Notes: generated from the sequence alone by a model not told the origin. DNA of 44,964 bases from Novosphingobium sp. (GCA_041639335.1 JBEQCK010000005.1:1-44964); one strand, 5' to 3'; shown: positions 9,214-20,276, numbered from the stretch's first letter. Program-made: numbers and translations.

Positions 9214-9966
9214 TCAGCGCTTCACTTGGCACTTCAGGCCTCCGGCCTGCAACCGTGCGCAGAGCGCGCTGGCCGAGGCCAGATCACCGGCTACCGCCTG
9301 AAGGCGATAGACAGTGCCGATGTCGGCCTTGCCTTCGACCACGCGGTGCGAGAGGCCCTTAAGGGCTTCATGGTTGGCAATGAGCTTCTGCCAGCCGGCT
9401 TCCGCCGCTGCATTGGACGAGAACGCGCCGACCTGCACGCCGACGCCACCGGTCGCAGCGGCCTGTGTGGGCTTCGGCGCCGGCGTCGCACCAGCGCTCG
9501 GCTTGGCCGAAGGCGTAGGCGACGGAGCGACTGCCGGGGTTGGCGAGGCGGAACCGGCAAGGTTGGCGACGGGCTTTTCACCCTCGCTCACCTTGAAGCT
9601 GGAATCGCCGGTGCCTTCGAAAGTCTTGCCGCCGGGGTCCTTGGGCGCGACCTTGTAGGGTTCACGGCTTGCCTCGATCAGGCTCCCGTCGGCTCCGGCA
9701 GGCCCTGCCGTGCGGTTGCTGGCATACCAGATCCCGCCGACCAGCGCCGCCAGCACCACAAGGCCCATCACGGCAAAACCGATCAGGCGACCGTTGCCGC
9801 TGTCTTCGTCCTCACCATCGATATCGTCAGCGCTTTCGAGCCAAGGCAGGCGCTCCTCGTCACCCAGGGCAAGGCGATCCCCTGCGGGTTCCGCCATCTC
9901 GGCAGAGACGTCGAACGGCTTGCCCGGCTCTTCGTCCCACGAATTCTGCCCGTTTTCCCCGTTCAT
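9214..9966 (-). CDS. SPOR-domain membrane-anchored cell-division protein (FtsN-like)
   Basis: LPWLE motif, single TM helix, Pro/Ala linker, C-terminal VQVGAFSS...YRL...LC...C SPOR domain; downstream of argS. Confidence 0.85.
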   Translation of the reverse strand: MNGENGQNSWDEEPGKPFDVSAEMAEPAGDRLALGDEERLPWLESADDIDGEDEDSGNGRLIGFAVMGLVVLAALVGGIWYASNRTAGPAGADGSLIEASREPYKVAPKDPGGKTFEGTGDSSFKVSEGEKPVANLAGSASPTPAVAPSPTPSAKPSAGATPAPKPTQAAATGGVGVQVGAFSSNAAAEAGWQKLIANHEALKGLSHRVVEGKADIGTVYRLQAVAGDLASASALCARLQAGGLKCQVKR

Positions 9967-9988
9967 GCCTGACCTGCCCCGATTGACG

Positions 9989-11737
9989 TCAAAGTTCTTG
10001 CGCTGCCTCAACGCCCAATAGCGCGAGACCGTTACGAATTACCTGCCCGATTTGCGCGCCAAGGAAAAGGCGGGCTGCGGTCATTGCGGAGTCTTGTGCC
10101 ACAATGAAGCGCTTCTCGGGCCGGTCATTCCCCAGATTGTAATAGGAGTGGAAGGCCGAAGCGAGATCGTGGAGGAAGAAGGCGATGCGGTGCGGCTCGC
10201 GCGCCACGGCAGCGGCTTCGACCGTGCGCGGGAACTGCGCGGCGAGCTTGACCAGCGCGAGCTCCTCCTCGCCCAGCAGCGACAGGTTCTCCCCTGAAGG
10301 CGCAAAGCCTTCGTCGGCACCCTTGCGAAGGTTCCGGCAGATGCGCGCGTGGGCGTACTGCACGTAGAACACCGGGTTGTCCTTGCTGGCTTCGACCACC
10401 TTGTCGAAATCGAAGTCCATCTGCGCGTCGGGCTTGCGGGTGAGCATGGTGAAGCGCACCACGTCCTTGCCGACCATCTCGACGACATCGGCCAGCGTGA
10501 CGAAGTTGCCGGAACGCTTGGACATCTTGAAGGGCTGGCCGCCCTTCATCAGCTGCACCATCTGCACGAGCTTGACCTCGAACGGCTTCGCCACGCCGCC
10601 CTCGGCGCTGGTCAGCGCCGCAACTGCGGCCTTGATCCGCTTGACCGTGCCGGCATGGTCGGCGCCCCAGATATCGACGAGGGCATCGGCCGTCTGCGCC
10701 TTCTGGAAGTGGTAGGCGAGGTCCGCGCCGAAGTAGGTCCACGCACCGTTCGACTTCTTGATCGGGCGATCCTGATCGTCGCCGAACTTCGTGGAACGGA
10801 ACAGCGGCAGTTCGACCGGCTCCCAGTCGTCCAGCGTCTTGCCCTTGGGCGCTTCGAGAATGCCATCATAGACCAGATCGTGCGCACGCAGCCACGCTTC
10901 GGCAGCGTCGACCTTGCCCGAGGCCTGAAGCTCCGCTTCGGATGAGAAAAGGTCGTGATGGATGCCCAGCGTGGCGAGATCGGCGCGGATCATGTCCATC
11001 ATTGCGGCCACGGCGCGGGTGCGGAACAGGATCAGCCAGTCCGCTTCGGGCGCGCCGACGTACTTGTCGCCAAACTCCTCGGCCAGCGACTTGCCCACCG
11101 GGACAAGGTAATCACCGGGGTAGAGGCCTTCGGGAATCTCGATGCTCTCGCCCAGCGCCTCGCGGTAGCGCATGTGCACCGAGCGGGCGAGGACATCGAC
11201 CTGCGCGCCGGCATCGTTGACGTAATATTCCTTGGTGACCTTGTGCCCGCTGAACACGAGCAGGTCCGCCAGCGCATCGCCAACCACGGCACCCCGGCAA
11301 TGGCCCATGTGCATCGGCCCGGTGGGATTGGCCGAGACGTACTCGACGTTGACGACCTTGCCGCCACCCATGGTCGAGCGGCCGTAATCCCCGCCCGCCG
11401 CGGCGATCAGCGCAAGCTCGCCGCGCCAGGCATCGTCGGTCAGTCGCAGGTTGATGAAGCCGGGCCCGGCAATCTCGGCGGAAACGACGCGCGGCTCCTT
11501 CTCGAGTTCGGCAACGAGTGCCGTCGCCAGAGCGCGCGGATTGGTGCCCGCAGGCTTGGCCAGCACCATCGCGGCGTTGGTTGCCAGATCGCCGTGGGAA
11601 GGATCACGCGGCGGCTCGCACGTCACCGCGCCTCGGTTCAGGCCGGCGGGAAGAGTCCCTGCGGCTTCAAGCGCGGTCAGCGCGGTGTCGATTACCGAGG
11701 CGAAGTCGGCGTGGAGGTTGATCCGGGCATCAGTCAT
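9989..11737 (-). CDS. argS: Arginine--tRNA ligase
   Basis: EYVSANPTGPMHMGH (HIGH), GADH, KMSKR, YVQYAHARI. Confidence 0.98.
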   Translation of the reverse strand: MTDARINLHADFASVIDTALTALEAAGTLPAGLNRGAVTCEPPRDPSHGDLATNAAMVLAKPAGTNPRALATALVAELEKEPRVVSAEIAGPGFINLRLTDDAWRGELALIAAAGGDYGRSTMGGGKVVNVEYVSANPTGPMHMGHCRGAVVGDALADLLVFSGHKVTKEYYVNDAGAQVDVLARSVHMRYREALGESIEIPEGLYPGDYLVPVGKSLAEEFGDKYVGAPEADWLILFRTRAVAAMMDMIRADLATLGIHHDLFSSEAELQASGKVDAAEAWLRAHDLVYDGILEAPKGKTLDDWEPVELPLFRSTKFGDDQDRPIKKSNGAWTYFGADLAYHFQKAQTADALVDIWGADHAGTVKRIKAAVAALTSAEGGVAKPFEVKLVQMVQLMKGGQPFKMSKRSGNFVTLADVVEMVGKDVVRFTMLTRKPDAQMDFDFDKVVEASKDNPVFYVQYAHARICRNLRKGADEGFAPSGENLSLLGEEELALVKLAAQFPRTVEAAAVAREPHRIAFFLHDLASAFHSYYNLGNDRPEKRFIVAQDSAMTAARLFLGAQIGQVIRNGLALLGVEAAQEL

Positions 11738-11767
11738 GCGCGGGCGGTTAGCCCAATCGCGGACAAA

Positions 11768-11864
11768 GCGAAAGGGCATCGATTTGCCTGCCCTTCGCCG
11801 CACCGAGTTGCCGCTCGGTCTGCGAGAGTTGGGGGAGAGTTGCCGCTCTGCCCCCGAGAGTTGG
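11768..11864 (-). repeat. Tandem stem-loops with GGCAA loops (32-bp period) plus a terminator-like hairpin
   Basis: GAGTTGCCGCTC at 11805 and 11837, CGAGAGTTGG at 11823 and 11855, third hairpin 11768-11798. Confidence 0.7.
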
Positions 11865-11868
11865 AGAC

Positions 11869-12531
11869 TTACTTGCGGACGTTGTACTGGAGCTGCGCCT
11901 CGGTCAGCTGGAAGCCGACGAGCAGTTCGAAGTTGGCCTTGGCCAGGGCAGCCTTGACCTCGGGCTGCGACAGCGGATCGACCGCGGCGTCTTCGTCGCC
12001 CGCACGACGCTTGCGCGAGATGCGCTTCACGATGTCTTCAGGCAGCGATGCCTCGGCCTTGTCCACATCGGCTCCGGCCTGCGCCCGCCCCGTGGCGCGG
12101 TCCTGCCCATCGGCGAAATCGATCACGACCTTGCCCACCCGCTTGGCGACGACAATGTTGCCGCCGCGCATGACGGTGGAGAAATAAGGCAATTCCACAC
12201 GGCGTGCGCCGACCTTGCTCGACCGACGGGCAAGCACGTCGAAGCTGGCGACAGAGTGGAGCTTCGAGCCGTCGGTGCACTGGGCGCGCAGGTTGGTGAT
12301 GGTCGCCTCGATATCGATCGCCGCCGAATCGGTGCGGGACGGATCGCTGAATACCGTGACGTCACCCGTGTAGTCAGGAATGCCGACGCGCGGGCAAGGA
12401 TCGCGCAACGCCGTAACGCCTACCGCATCATCGACGACGAGTTCCCCTTTCTTGCCGCCGCAGGCCGAAAGCGCGAGGGCTGCCACGAGCGGGGCGCCCA
12501 GAATTGCGATACGGCGGGCACTTGCGTTCAT
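11869..12531 (-). CDS. Hypothetical lipoprotein
   Basis: Signal peptide with lipobox LSAC; divergent from ispH. Confidence 0.75.
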   Translation of the reverse strand: MNASARRIAILGAPLVAALALSACGGKKGELVVDDAVGVTALRDPCPRVGIPDYTGDVTVFSDPSRTDSAAIDIEATITNLRAQCTDGSKLHSVASFDVLARRSSKVGARRVELPYFSTVMRGGNIVVAKRVGKVVIDFADGQDRATGRAQAGADVDKAEASLPEDIVKRISRKRRAGDEDAAVDPLSQPEVKAALAKANFELLVGFQLTEAQLQYNVRK

Positions 12532-12666
12532 GGGCACTCGATCCTCGATACTTGCAGCGGCTGATCGACCGGAAACCGAACTCCGGCCAACATTTCGGCC
12601 ACCTCTACCCACCGCAGCCGCTTTCGGCAATGGCGGTAGGGCGCGGTTGCTGCTAAGGGCCGCAGG

Positions 12667-13635
12667 ATGAACGCCAGCTTGCCAGATGTCGCTGCCGAAA
12701 CGGCTCCGTTACGCCTTCTGATTGCCGCGCCGCGTGGCTTCTGCGCCGGGGTCGACCGGGCGATCGAGATCGTCGAGCGCGCGCTGCAGCGCTATGGCGC
12801 GCCGGTCTATGTCCGGCACGAGATCGTGCACAACCGCTTCGTCGTGGACGGCCTCAAGGCCAAGGGCGCGATCTTCGTGGAGGAGCTGGACCAGGTGCCC
12901 GATGGCGCACCGGTGGTGTTTTCCGCGCATGGCGTGCCCAAGGTCGTGCCGCAGGATGCGACCGCGCGCGGGCTCGACTGGCTTGATGCCACTTGCCCGC
13001 TCGTGTCCAAGGTCCACCGCCAGGCCGAGCGTCAAGTCGAAGCCGGGCGCCACATCCTGTTCGTGGGCCACAAGGGTCATCCCGAAGTGATCGGCACGAT
13101 GGGCCAGGTCCCAGAGGGTTCGATCTCGCTGGTCGAAACCGTCGATGACGTCGCCAAGCTGTCATTCCCGGTCGACGCGCCGCTGGCTTTCCTGACGCAG
13201 ACGACGCTGTCGGTGGACGATACCGCCGAGATCGTCGCCGCGCTGCGCGCAAAGTTCCCGCACATATCCGGGCCGAAGGCCGAGGACATCTGCTATGCCA
13301 CATCGAACCGGCAGGAAGCAGTCAAGGCGATTGCCGGCGAATGTGACCTGCTGCTGGTGATCGGTGCGCCGAACAGCTCCAACTCGCTGCGTCTGGTTGA
13401 GGTGGCCGAGCGCATGGGCACGCGCTCGCGTCTGATCCAGCGCGCGAACGAGATCGATCCCGCATGGCTCGATGGCGTGAACACGCTGGGGCTTACCGCC
13501 GGAGCTTCCGCGCCCGAGGTTCTGGTGCGCGAGGTTGTTGCCAAGGTCGGCGAATTACGCCCGATCTCCGAAGAGACGGTGACCACCGCCGAGGAAAAGA
13601 TGGTGTTCAAGCTGCCGCGCCAGCTGCTCGACTAA
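12667..13635 (+). CDS. ispH: 4-hydroxy-3-methylbut-2-enyl diphosphate reductase
   Basis: [41 protein letters not shown]. Confidence 0.98.
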   Translation: MNASLPDVAAETAPLRLLIAAPRGFCAGVDRAIEIVERALQRYGAPVYVRHEIVHNRFVVDGLKAKGAIFVEELDQVPDGAPVVFSAHGVPKVVPQDATARGLDWLDATCPLVSKVHRQAERQVEAGRHILFVGHKGHPEVIGTMGQVPEGSISLVETVDDVAKLSFPVDAPLAFLTQTTLSVDDTAEIVAALRAKFPHISGPKAEDICYATSNRQEAVKAIAGECDLLLVIGAPNSSNSLRLVEVAERMGTRSRLIQRANEIDPAWLDGVNTLGLTAGASAPEVLVREVVAKVGELRPISEETVTTAEEKMVFKLPRQLLD

Positions 13636-13647
13636 GGCGCAAAGAAC

Positions 13648-14619
13648 ATGGCGGTCTATACCCAGATCGGCGCGGAAGAAATGGCCGCGCTTGTCAACGA
13701 ATTCGACGTGGGCGAACTGGTTTCGGCCAAGGGCATTGCCGAGGGCGTGTCCAATTCCAACTGGCTGCTGGAGACGACGGGCAAGGACGGAAGCGGTGCC
13801 CGCTTCATCCTGACGATGTACGAATTCCGCATCGAGCTGGAGGACTTGCCCTACTTCCTCTCGCTGCTCGATCATCTCGCCGCAAAGGGCTGCCCGGTCC
13901 CGCGCACGATCCATGATCGCGAAGGCGCGCTGTTCCGCAGGCGTGGCGAAAAGGCGCTGGCGCTGATCGAGTTCCTTCCCGGCGTTTCGGTAAGCGAGCC
14001 CACGGTGGGACAGGCACGCGCGGTGGGCGCTGCGCTGGCCCAGATGCATGCGGCTTCGGCGGATTTTGCTGGCTCGCGGGCGAACGGCATGGGGCTGGCG
14101 GAATGGCAGCGGCTGTTCGACGAATGCGGGCCGGATGGCCTCGCCTCGATTGATCCGGAGCTGGCCGGGCTGGTGGCCGAGCACATGCCGAAGATTGCCG
14201 CAGGCTGGCCGAAGGACCTGCCGCGCGCGGTGATCCATGCCGACCTGTTTCCAGACAACGTGCTGATGCTGGGCGACCGGGTTACCGGGCTGATCGACTT
14301 CTACTTCGCCTGCAACGACCTGATGGCCTACGACGTGGCGGTGACGCACGCGGCGTGGTGCTTCGACGCGACGGGCCGGAACTTCAACGCCGAGCTCTCG
14401 AAGGCACTGCTCGATGGGTACGAAGCGGTGCGGCCGCTTTCGGCGCAAGAGCGGGCCGCCCTGCCCTTGCTGGCGCAGGGCGCGGCGATGCGTTTCACCT
14501 CGAGCCGCGCCTACGACTGGCTCAACACGCCAGCCGATGCGCTGGTCGTGCGCAAGGACCCGATGGCCTTTGCCCGGCGGCTGCAGTTCTATGCCGCCAA
14601 CCCTGAGGTCTTCGCGTGA
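13648..14619 (+). CDS. thrB: Homoserine kinase type II
   Basis: [31 protein letters not shown]; ispH-thrB-rnhA order. Confidence 0.95.
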   Translation: MAVYTQIGAEEMAALVNEFDVGELVSAKGIAEGVSNSNWLLETTGKDGSGARFILTMYEFRIELEDLPYFLSLLDHLAAKGCPVPRTIHDREGALFRRRGEKALALIEFLPGVSVSEPTVGQARAVGAALAQMHAASADFAGSRANGMGLAEWQRLFDECGPDGLASIDPELAGLVAEHMPKIAAGWPKDLPRAVIHADLFPDNVLMLGDRVTGLIDFYFACNDLMAYDVAVTHAAWCFDATGRNFNAELSKALLDGYEAVRPLSAQERAALPLLAQGAAMRFTSSRAYDWLNTPADALVVRKDPMAFARRLQFYAANPEVFA

Positions 14620-15047
14620 AGCACGTCGAGATCTTCACCGACGGCGCGTGCAAGGGCAATCCCGGCAAGGGCGGTTGGGGTGCGCTGCTGCGCATGGGCG
14701 AGCATGAGAAGGAAATGGCCGGCTCCGAAAAGGAGACGACCAACAACCGCATGGAGCTGATGGGCGCGATCATGGCGCTGCAGGCCTTGAAGCAGCCATG
14801 CCGGGTGACGCTCCATACCGACAGCAAGTACGTCCTCGACGGCATCACCAAGTGGGTGTTCGGTTGGCAGAAGAAGGGCTGGAAAACGGCCGACAACAAG
14901 CCGGTCAAGAACGAGGACCTGTGGCGCGCGCTGGTGGAGGCCGTGCGCCCGCACAAGATCGAATGGGTCTGGGTCAAGGGCCACGACGGCCACCCCGAGA
15001 ACGAGCGGGTGGACAAGCTCGCCAGCGATGCGGCCGTGGCGGCCTGA
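14616..15047 (+). CDS. rnhA: Ribonuclease HI
   Basis: [29 protein letters not shown]-x4-ENERVD. Confidence 0.98.
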   Translation: MKHVEIFTDGACKGNPGKGGWGALLRMGEHEKEMAGSEKETTNNRMELMGAIMALQALKQPCRVTLHTDSKYVLDGITKWVFGWQKKGWKTADNKPVKNEDLWRALVEAVRPHKIEWVWVKGHDGHPENERVDKLASDAAVAA

Positions 15048-15117
15048 AGGTTCCACGGGAACGCACCATACCGTTTGCCCGTCCCCGGCATCTGGCACGC
15101 GCCCTGCGGCCGATGCG

Positions 15118-15945
15118 TTACACGAGGCTGGACGCCATCCTGCTTCTGTCTGCAACCTGACCAGTGATGATCTCGAAGGCACGGGCCGCCTGTCCGATGA
15201 CCATGCCGATACCATTGATGGTGCGGCAGCCCCGCTGCCTGGCTAGGCGCAGCAATTCCGTCTCGGGTGGGAAGTAGATGATGTCGGCGACCCAATGCCG
15301 TGCCTCGACGGCCGCTTCGCCAATCGGCATGCCAGGTTTGCCGTTCATGCCGATGGGCGTGGCGTTGACGATACCGTCGGCAACCGCCGTCTCGACCGCA
15401 TCAGGAGTACGGGCGATGATCCGGGCCGAGGTGAAGCGTGACGCCAGATCCTCGGCCAGAAGCCTTGCGCGGTCCGCATCCACATCGACCAGTTGCAGCG
15501 TGCCGACACCCAGCGAGAGCAGGGCATTGGCGACGGCAGCGCCTGCCCCTCCTGCGCCTAGCTGGACCACGTTGCCCAGAGCGACGCCCGGTAATCCCTC
15601 GGCAACGGAATCCCGGAAGCCGGCCATGTCGGTGTTGAAGCCGCAGAGCTTGCCATTGCGGATTGACACGGTGTTGACTGCGCCCACGGAAACCGCAGTC
15701 TCGTCAAGTTCGTCAAGCAGCGAGACGACGGCCTGCTTGAACGGATAGGTCACGTTGAAGCCGCTGTAGCCCTGATCCTGCAGACGCTTCAGGACCAGCG
15801 GGAGTTCGCTGTCAGCCCATCCCCGCGCGGAAAAATCGTAAAGATCATAGCGCAAGGCCATGCCCTGCGCCTGCGCTTCCTTCTCGTGCAGCTCGGGCGA
15901 GCGCGAAGCGAGGATCGAACGTCCAAGAAGGCCGGAAAGGATCAT
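15118..15945 (-). CDS. Shikimate/quinate dehydrogenase (AroE/YdiB family), probably catabolic
   Basis: SRSPELH, NVTYPFK, GAVNT, NTD, GAGGAG, NATPIGM, DIIY; clustered with a QuiC-type dehydratase. Confidence 0.9.
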   Translation of the reverse strand: MILSGLLGRSILASRSPELHEKEAQAQGMALRYDLYDFSARGWADSELPLVLKRLQDQGYSGFNVTYPFKQAVVSLLDELDETAVSVGAVNTVSIRNGKLCGFNTDMAGFRDSVAEGLPGVALGNVVQLGAGGAGAAVANALLSLGVGTLQLVDVDADRARLLAEDLASRFTSARIIARTPDAVETAVADGIVNATPIGMNGKPGMPIGEAAVEARHWVADIIYFPPETELLRLARQRGCRTINGIGMVIGQAARAFEIITGQVADRSRMASSLV

Positions 15946-15999
15946 TTGTGCCTTCGAAAAGTGTCCCGGCACCACGGGGATGCCGGGACATAGGGTGGA

Positions 16000-18963
16000 T
16001 CAGAAGTTTACGCGCGCGCCAAGATAGAACGAGCGACCGATCGGATCGTAGAGCGCAACGTCCGTTCCGTTCTGCGAGCTCGCCACGAAGGGCAGGCCAC
16101 GGTCGAACAGGTTGTTCACGCCGGCGCGGAATTCGATCGACTTGTTGACGCGAACGGTGCCGAACATGTCCCACAGCGCGTAGGCGCCCACGCCGACCTG
16201 AGCAGTCGCCGGTGTCAGGACCGAGGTCGTGTCCTTCATCGCGCTCTGGTAGCGCCAGCGCAGGCCCAGCGTGGTGGCGTCCGAACGGTAGCCGAAGCTG
16301 GTGACCGACTTCCATTTCGGCGTTGCGCGCGGCGGAAGGCTGCTGACGCCTGCCGCACCGTTGCTGATGCCGGTATAGTCAAGTTCAGCCGCACCGGGGA
16401 TCAGCTGCAGCTTGTACTTGTGCAGCCAGCCCACGGCAGCGTTGACGAACAGACGACCGCTGTCGCCACGCAGGATCGGTGACGGCACCGTCCAGTTCAC
16501 CTGCGCCTCGACGCCATCGGTCTTCACCGAGCCAAGGTTGAGGAACGGCGTGGCGACGTTGACCAGCTGCCCCGAGTTATCGCGCGAGAGCAGACCGCAA
16601 TAGAGGTTGGTCTTGTCGTAGCTGGGGTTCGAGCCATCGAGGTTGAAGCACTTCGACAGCACGGTCAGGCCGGGCACGGTCGAGATCACGTTCTTCACCG
16701 CGATGTTGTAGTAATCGACCGAAAGCGTGAAATCGGACAACAGGCCGCTCTGGAATGGCGAGTTGAGAACGAAGCCGAAGTTGTAGGTATCGGCGCGCTC
16801 GGGCGTGAGGTTGGTGTTGCCCGACACGAGCTGGCCGGTGGCCGTGGTCGGGAAGGTGTAGCTCGAGATTGCTGCCTGCGGGATGCCCTGCGCCACGCAG
16901 AGATCGGCCACCTTCGCTCCGTTCGCCCCGGTGCGGGCGGTGGAGCGGACGTCGCACGGATCGCCGAGCGCGCCCGGGGGCGTGCCGATCACCAGCTGGT
17001 TGCCCTGCTGCGGCGAGAACAACTCGCCGATGTTGGGCGCACGCACGGCGCGCTGGTAGCTGCCACGGAACAGCAGCGGTTCCACCGGCTTCCAGCGGGC
17101 ATCGACTTCATAGCTGGTGACGCCGCCGGTGACCGAATAGTCCGAGTAACGGATCGCGCCGCCGATGCCGAATTCCTGGATGAACGGCTTGTCGGCAATC
17201 AGCGGAACGTCAACCTGCGCAGCAAATTCCTTCACGGAGATGCGACCCGAGGCGGGCTGCGAGGCAATCACGGATTCAATGTTCTGGGCACGAAGATCGC
17301 TGTCGGGAATGTAGTTGTAGTTGTTCCGGCGATACCCGGCGACGAAAGCGATCTGGGCTGGCCCGGCGCCGAGATCGAACAGCTTGCCATTGACCTGCAA
17401 CTGGGCCTGCGTCTGCGAGAGCTTCTCCTTTGAGAAGGCGGTCTTGGTGATGTAATCGACGCAAGCCTGCGACAGCGAGCGGGCGTTGGCATCGCCAAAG
17501 ATGTTGAAGCCGCCGGCGCACAGCGAACGCCCGCCGTCTGCTGCGTTCAGCAGGGTCTGGACGCGGCTCTTGACCACGGCATCGTTGAGCTGCTGATCAT
17601 GGACCGACTGGTCGTAGGAGGCATAGAGGTCGAACGACCAGCCCGAGGTGATGTCCCCCTTCACGCCGGCCATGTACTGCTGGACGACGTAGTTCTCGTC
17701 CCAGTTCTTGTAGGGCACGCCAACGTAGCGGCCATTCCAGGTGAACGGTGCATTGGGGTTCGGACGCGAGGCGAGGATCGTGCGAAGGTCCTGCGGGATG
17801 AACGGATTGGTAACCGGGATGGTGGTCAGCGAACCGAACTGGGTGAGGCTGCCGCCCGATGCGGTCTTGACCGAAAGGTCGACGTACATGAACTGGCCAT
17901 AGGCGGTGAGGCTGGGGGTCAGTTCATAGTCCGCCTTGACGAAAGCGGTCTTGCGCTTGAGGCCATTGGCAAAATCGATCTGCTGGCCGACCGGCATTCG
18001 CACGTTGTTGCCGACGATAAGATAACCGCTCGAGCCGTTCGGACCCTTGTAGTTGCGCGCGCCGGTCTGCGTGAACAGCGTGCCGTCGTTGTTGAAGCCC
18101 AGGTTCAGCAGTTGGAAGTTGGCCGGCAGGTTGTTGACGCCGTAGCCCGCAAATACCGAGGAGACGACCGCCGCGTCAGGGGCATTGGTCGCGCTCGGCA
18201 CGAAGGTGCCGTTGCCGATGAATGACGACGGGGTCTTGTCGAAGAAGAAATCGCGCGTCGAGCCGTTCACCTGGTCCTGATGAGCATAGCTGAACGCCGC
18301 CATGACATGGCCGCGGTCTTCGGCAAAGCTGGAGCCAAAGGCGAGCGAGCCGTTGAACTTGTAGGCATCGCCGCGGTCGCTGAGCGAGTTCTGCACGTCC
18401 AAGCGCACGCCGTCGAAAGCGCGCTGGGTCTTGAAGTTGACCACGCCCGAGATCGCGTCGGAACCGTAGATTGCCGAAGCGCCGCCGGTGATGATGTCGA
18501 CCCCGCCCATGATGGATTCAGGCAGGATGTTGATGTCGACATTGCCGTTGATGTCGGACAGCGGCAGGCGCTTGCCGTCAAGCAGCACGAGGTTGCGGTT
18601 CGTGCCAAGGCCATGGAGGTTGACCGACGCGCGACCACCAGTGCCCTGCCCGCCGGTGTTGGCGTTGCCTGCCGTCGTGAAGCTCGGGAACTGGTTCAGC
18701 GCGTCCTGCAGGTTGACCTGTCCGGTCTCCTTCAGCGCGGCCTCGCCAACCGAGACGATCGGGCTGACGGCGGTGTTGTTCGGGCGCGCGATCAGCGAGC
18801 CGGTAACTACGATCTCCTTGGCATCGACCGGCGCATCAGCAGCCTGATCGCCTGCACCATTCTGGGCTGCTTCCTGAGCGAGCGCAGGCGCGGAGAGCGC
18901 AGCAGCTACGGTCAACAGGGACGCGGAAAGCGCAAGGCGAGTGCCCCTCAAATTCATGGTCAT
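16000..18963 (-). CDS. TonB-dependent receptor
   Basis: Signal peptide, TonB box EIVVTGS, plug motifs NLVLLDGKR and GASAIYGSDA, C-terminal NNLFD...GRSFYLGARVNF; RBS GAGGAGG. Confidence 0.96.
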   Translation of the reverse strand: MTMNLRGTRLALSASLLTVAAALSAPALAQEAAQNGAGDQAADAPVDAKEIVVTGSLIARPNNTAVSPIVSVGEAALKETGQVNLQDALNQFPSFTTAGNANTGGQGTGGRASVNLHGLGTNRNLVLLDGKRLPLSDINGNVDINILPESIMGGVDIITGGASAIYGSDAISGVVNFKTQRAFDGVRLDVQNSLSDRGDAYKFNGSLAFGSSFAEDRGHVMAAFSYAHQDQVNGSTRDFFFDKTPSSFIGNGTFVPSATNAPDAAVVSSVFAGYGVNNLPANFQLLNLGFNNDGTLFTQTGARNYKGPNGSSGYLIVGNNVRMPVGQQIDFANGLKRKTAFVKADYELTPSLTAYGQFMYVDLSVKTASGGSLTQFGSLTTIPVTNPFIPQDLRTILASRPNPNAPFTWNGRYVGVPYKNWDENYVVQQYMAGVKGDITSGWSFDLYASYDQSVHDQQLNDAVVKSRVQTLLNAADGGRSLCAGGFNIFGDANARSLSQACVDYITKTAFSKEKLSQTQAQLQVNGKLFDLGAGPAQIAFVAGYRRNNYNYIPDSDLRAQNIESVIASQPASGRISVKEFAAQVDVPLIADKPFIQEFGIGGAIRYSDYSVTGGVTSYEVDARWKPVEPLLFRGSYQRAVRAPNIGELFSPQQGNQLVIGTPPGALGDPCDVRSTARTGANGAKVADLCVAQGIPQAAISSYTFPTTATGQLVSGNTNLTPERADTYNFGFVLNSPFQSGLLSDFTLSVDYYNIAVKNVISTVPGLTVLSKCFNLDGSNPSYDKTNLYCGLLSRDNSGQLVNVATPFLNLGSVKTDGVEAQVNWTVPSPILRGDSGRLFVNAAVGWLHKYKLQLIPGAAELDYTGISNGAAGVSSLPPRATPKWKSVTSFGYRSDATTLGLRWRYQSAMKDTTSVLTPATAQVGVGAYALWDMFGTVRVNKSIEFRAGVNNLFDRGLPFVASSQNGTDVALYDPIGRSFYLGARVNF

Positions 18964-19013
18964 CCTCCTCCAGGGGCAGCTGGATTCGCCGCCCTTCACC
19001 GGGGGTTCATTTA

Positions 19014-19060
19014 TGTGACGAACTAGTCCCTGTCAAATAACTTGTGACTGGTTAGTTACA
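19014..19060. promoter_or_regulatory. Two inverted copies of a putative TetR operator upstream of the TonB-dependent receptor
   Basis: TGTGACGAACTAGTCCCTGTCA at 19014-19035; reverse-strand TGTAACTAACCAGTCACA at 19043-19060. Confidence 0.7.
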
Positions 19061-20276
19061 CTTTGTGTCGTTCAACCAGAAATGCCGATGCCGCACAGAT
19101 CAGCAAGGGCACGCAGTAGGCCGCGAAAAGTGTCGGCAATGGCGCATTTGCCGCCATGAGATAGCCGCCGAGCATCGGGCCAATCACTGCACCGCCGCGG
19201 CCGACACCGATGGCCCAGCCCACGCCGGTGGCACGCACCTCTCCGGGGTAGGCGCCTGCCGCAATCGGCCAGACGCCGTTATAGCCGCCCTGCAGCAAGA
19301 CCCCGATCAGGAAGGCGACGACCAGCGTGAGCCATACCGGCATCGTGACAGACCCGAACACGACCATCGCCACGCCTGCCCCGGTCAGCATTGCCGGAAC
19401 GAGCTTTCCGAGCGGTACGCGCAAGGCAAGAAAGCTCATCGCCATGGTGCCCACGAACGCGCCGAGATTGTAGAGCGCGCCCGCATAGATGCCGTTGGTT
19501 TCCGAAAGCCCCGCCGCAATGGCGAGCTTGGGTATCCAGCTGACGATAAAGTAAAGCACCATCAGCCCGAAGAACACCGCGCACCACAGCGCGATAGTCC
19601 GTGCCCGCATTTGCTCGACAAAAAGCTGGCCGACCTTGCCAGCCGATTCTGGCCCTTCCCCGGCACTGAGCTGCCCATGCGGGAGAACCAGCCACGCTGC
19701 CGGGAGCAGCGCCACAGTGAGCACTGCAGCGCCCAGAAGCATGGCCTGCCAGCCATGGATCGGAAGCGCGTGTGCCACGATCAGTCCGGTAAACACGGCC
19801 GCGAACGGATAGCCCGCCTGGACCACGCCGACCGCCAGGTTGCGTTGCGCGGGCGGCGCACTTTCGGCTGCCAGCGCCGCCATCGCCGCCAGGACCGTGC
19901 CGATGCCCGACCCGACAATCACGCGCATCGCAAAGAGCACGGGCACGCTTGGCGCGAAACTGCTGGCGAACATGCCGATCGACATCAGGCACAGCGCGGC
20001 AAGGATGACAGCGCGCCGCCCCAGCCGGTCCGCGAGCGGAGCGATGAACATTCCGCCGATCGCCATGCCGATCAGCCCGGCGCTGAACAGGTTGCCCATC
20101 GTTGCGGAGTCGATGGCCCATTCCGCCTGCAAGCGGGGCGCGATGAACGAGAGGATCGTGACGTCGACCCCGTCCGCCATATTGATGGCGAAGCACAGCG
20201 CGACGATCCCGAGCGCCTTTCGCGTCCACGTTTCAGGGCCGTCTGCGCTTTCGGCGCCAGTGGGGGGAAGTGCCAT
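19056..20276 (-). CDS. MFS transporter, aromatic acid:H+ symporter-like
   Basis: DGVD in TM1, APLADRLGRR motif A, YPGEVRATGVGWAIGVGR; about 12 TM segments. Confidence 0.9.
   Translation of the reverse strand: MALPPTGAESADGPETWTRKALGIVALCFAINMADGVDVTILSFIAPRLQAEWAIDSATMGNLFSAGLIGMAIGGMFIAPLADRLGRRAVILAALCLMSIGMFASSFAPSVPVLFAMRVIVGSGIGTVLAAMAALAAESAPPAQRNLAVGVVQAGYPFAAVFTGLIVAHALPIHGWQAMLLGAAVLTVALLPAAWLVLPHGQLSAGEGPESAGKVGQLFVEQMRARTIALWCAVFFGLMVLYFIVSWIPKLAIAAGLSETNGIYAGALYNLGAFVGTMAMSFLALRVPLGKLVPAMLTGAGVAMVVFGSVTMPVWLTLVVAFLIGVLLQGGYNGVWPIAAGAYPGEVRATGVGWAIGVGRGGAVIGPMLGGYLMAANAPLPTLFAAYCVPLLICAASAFLVERHKV

Noticed and set aside
11802-11864. CRISPR-like appearance of the tandem repeat
   Set aside because: Only two units, no spacer-length unique sequence, no cas genes
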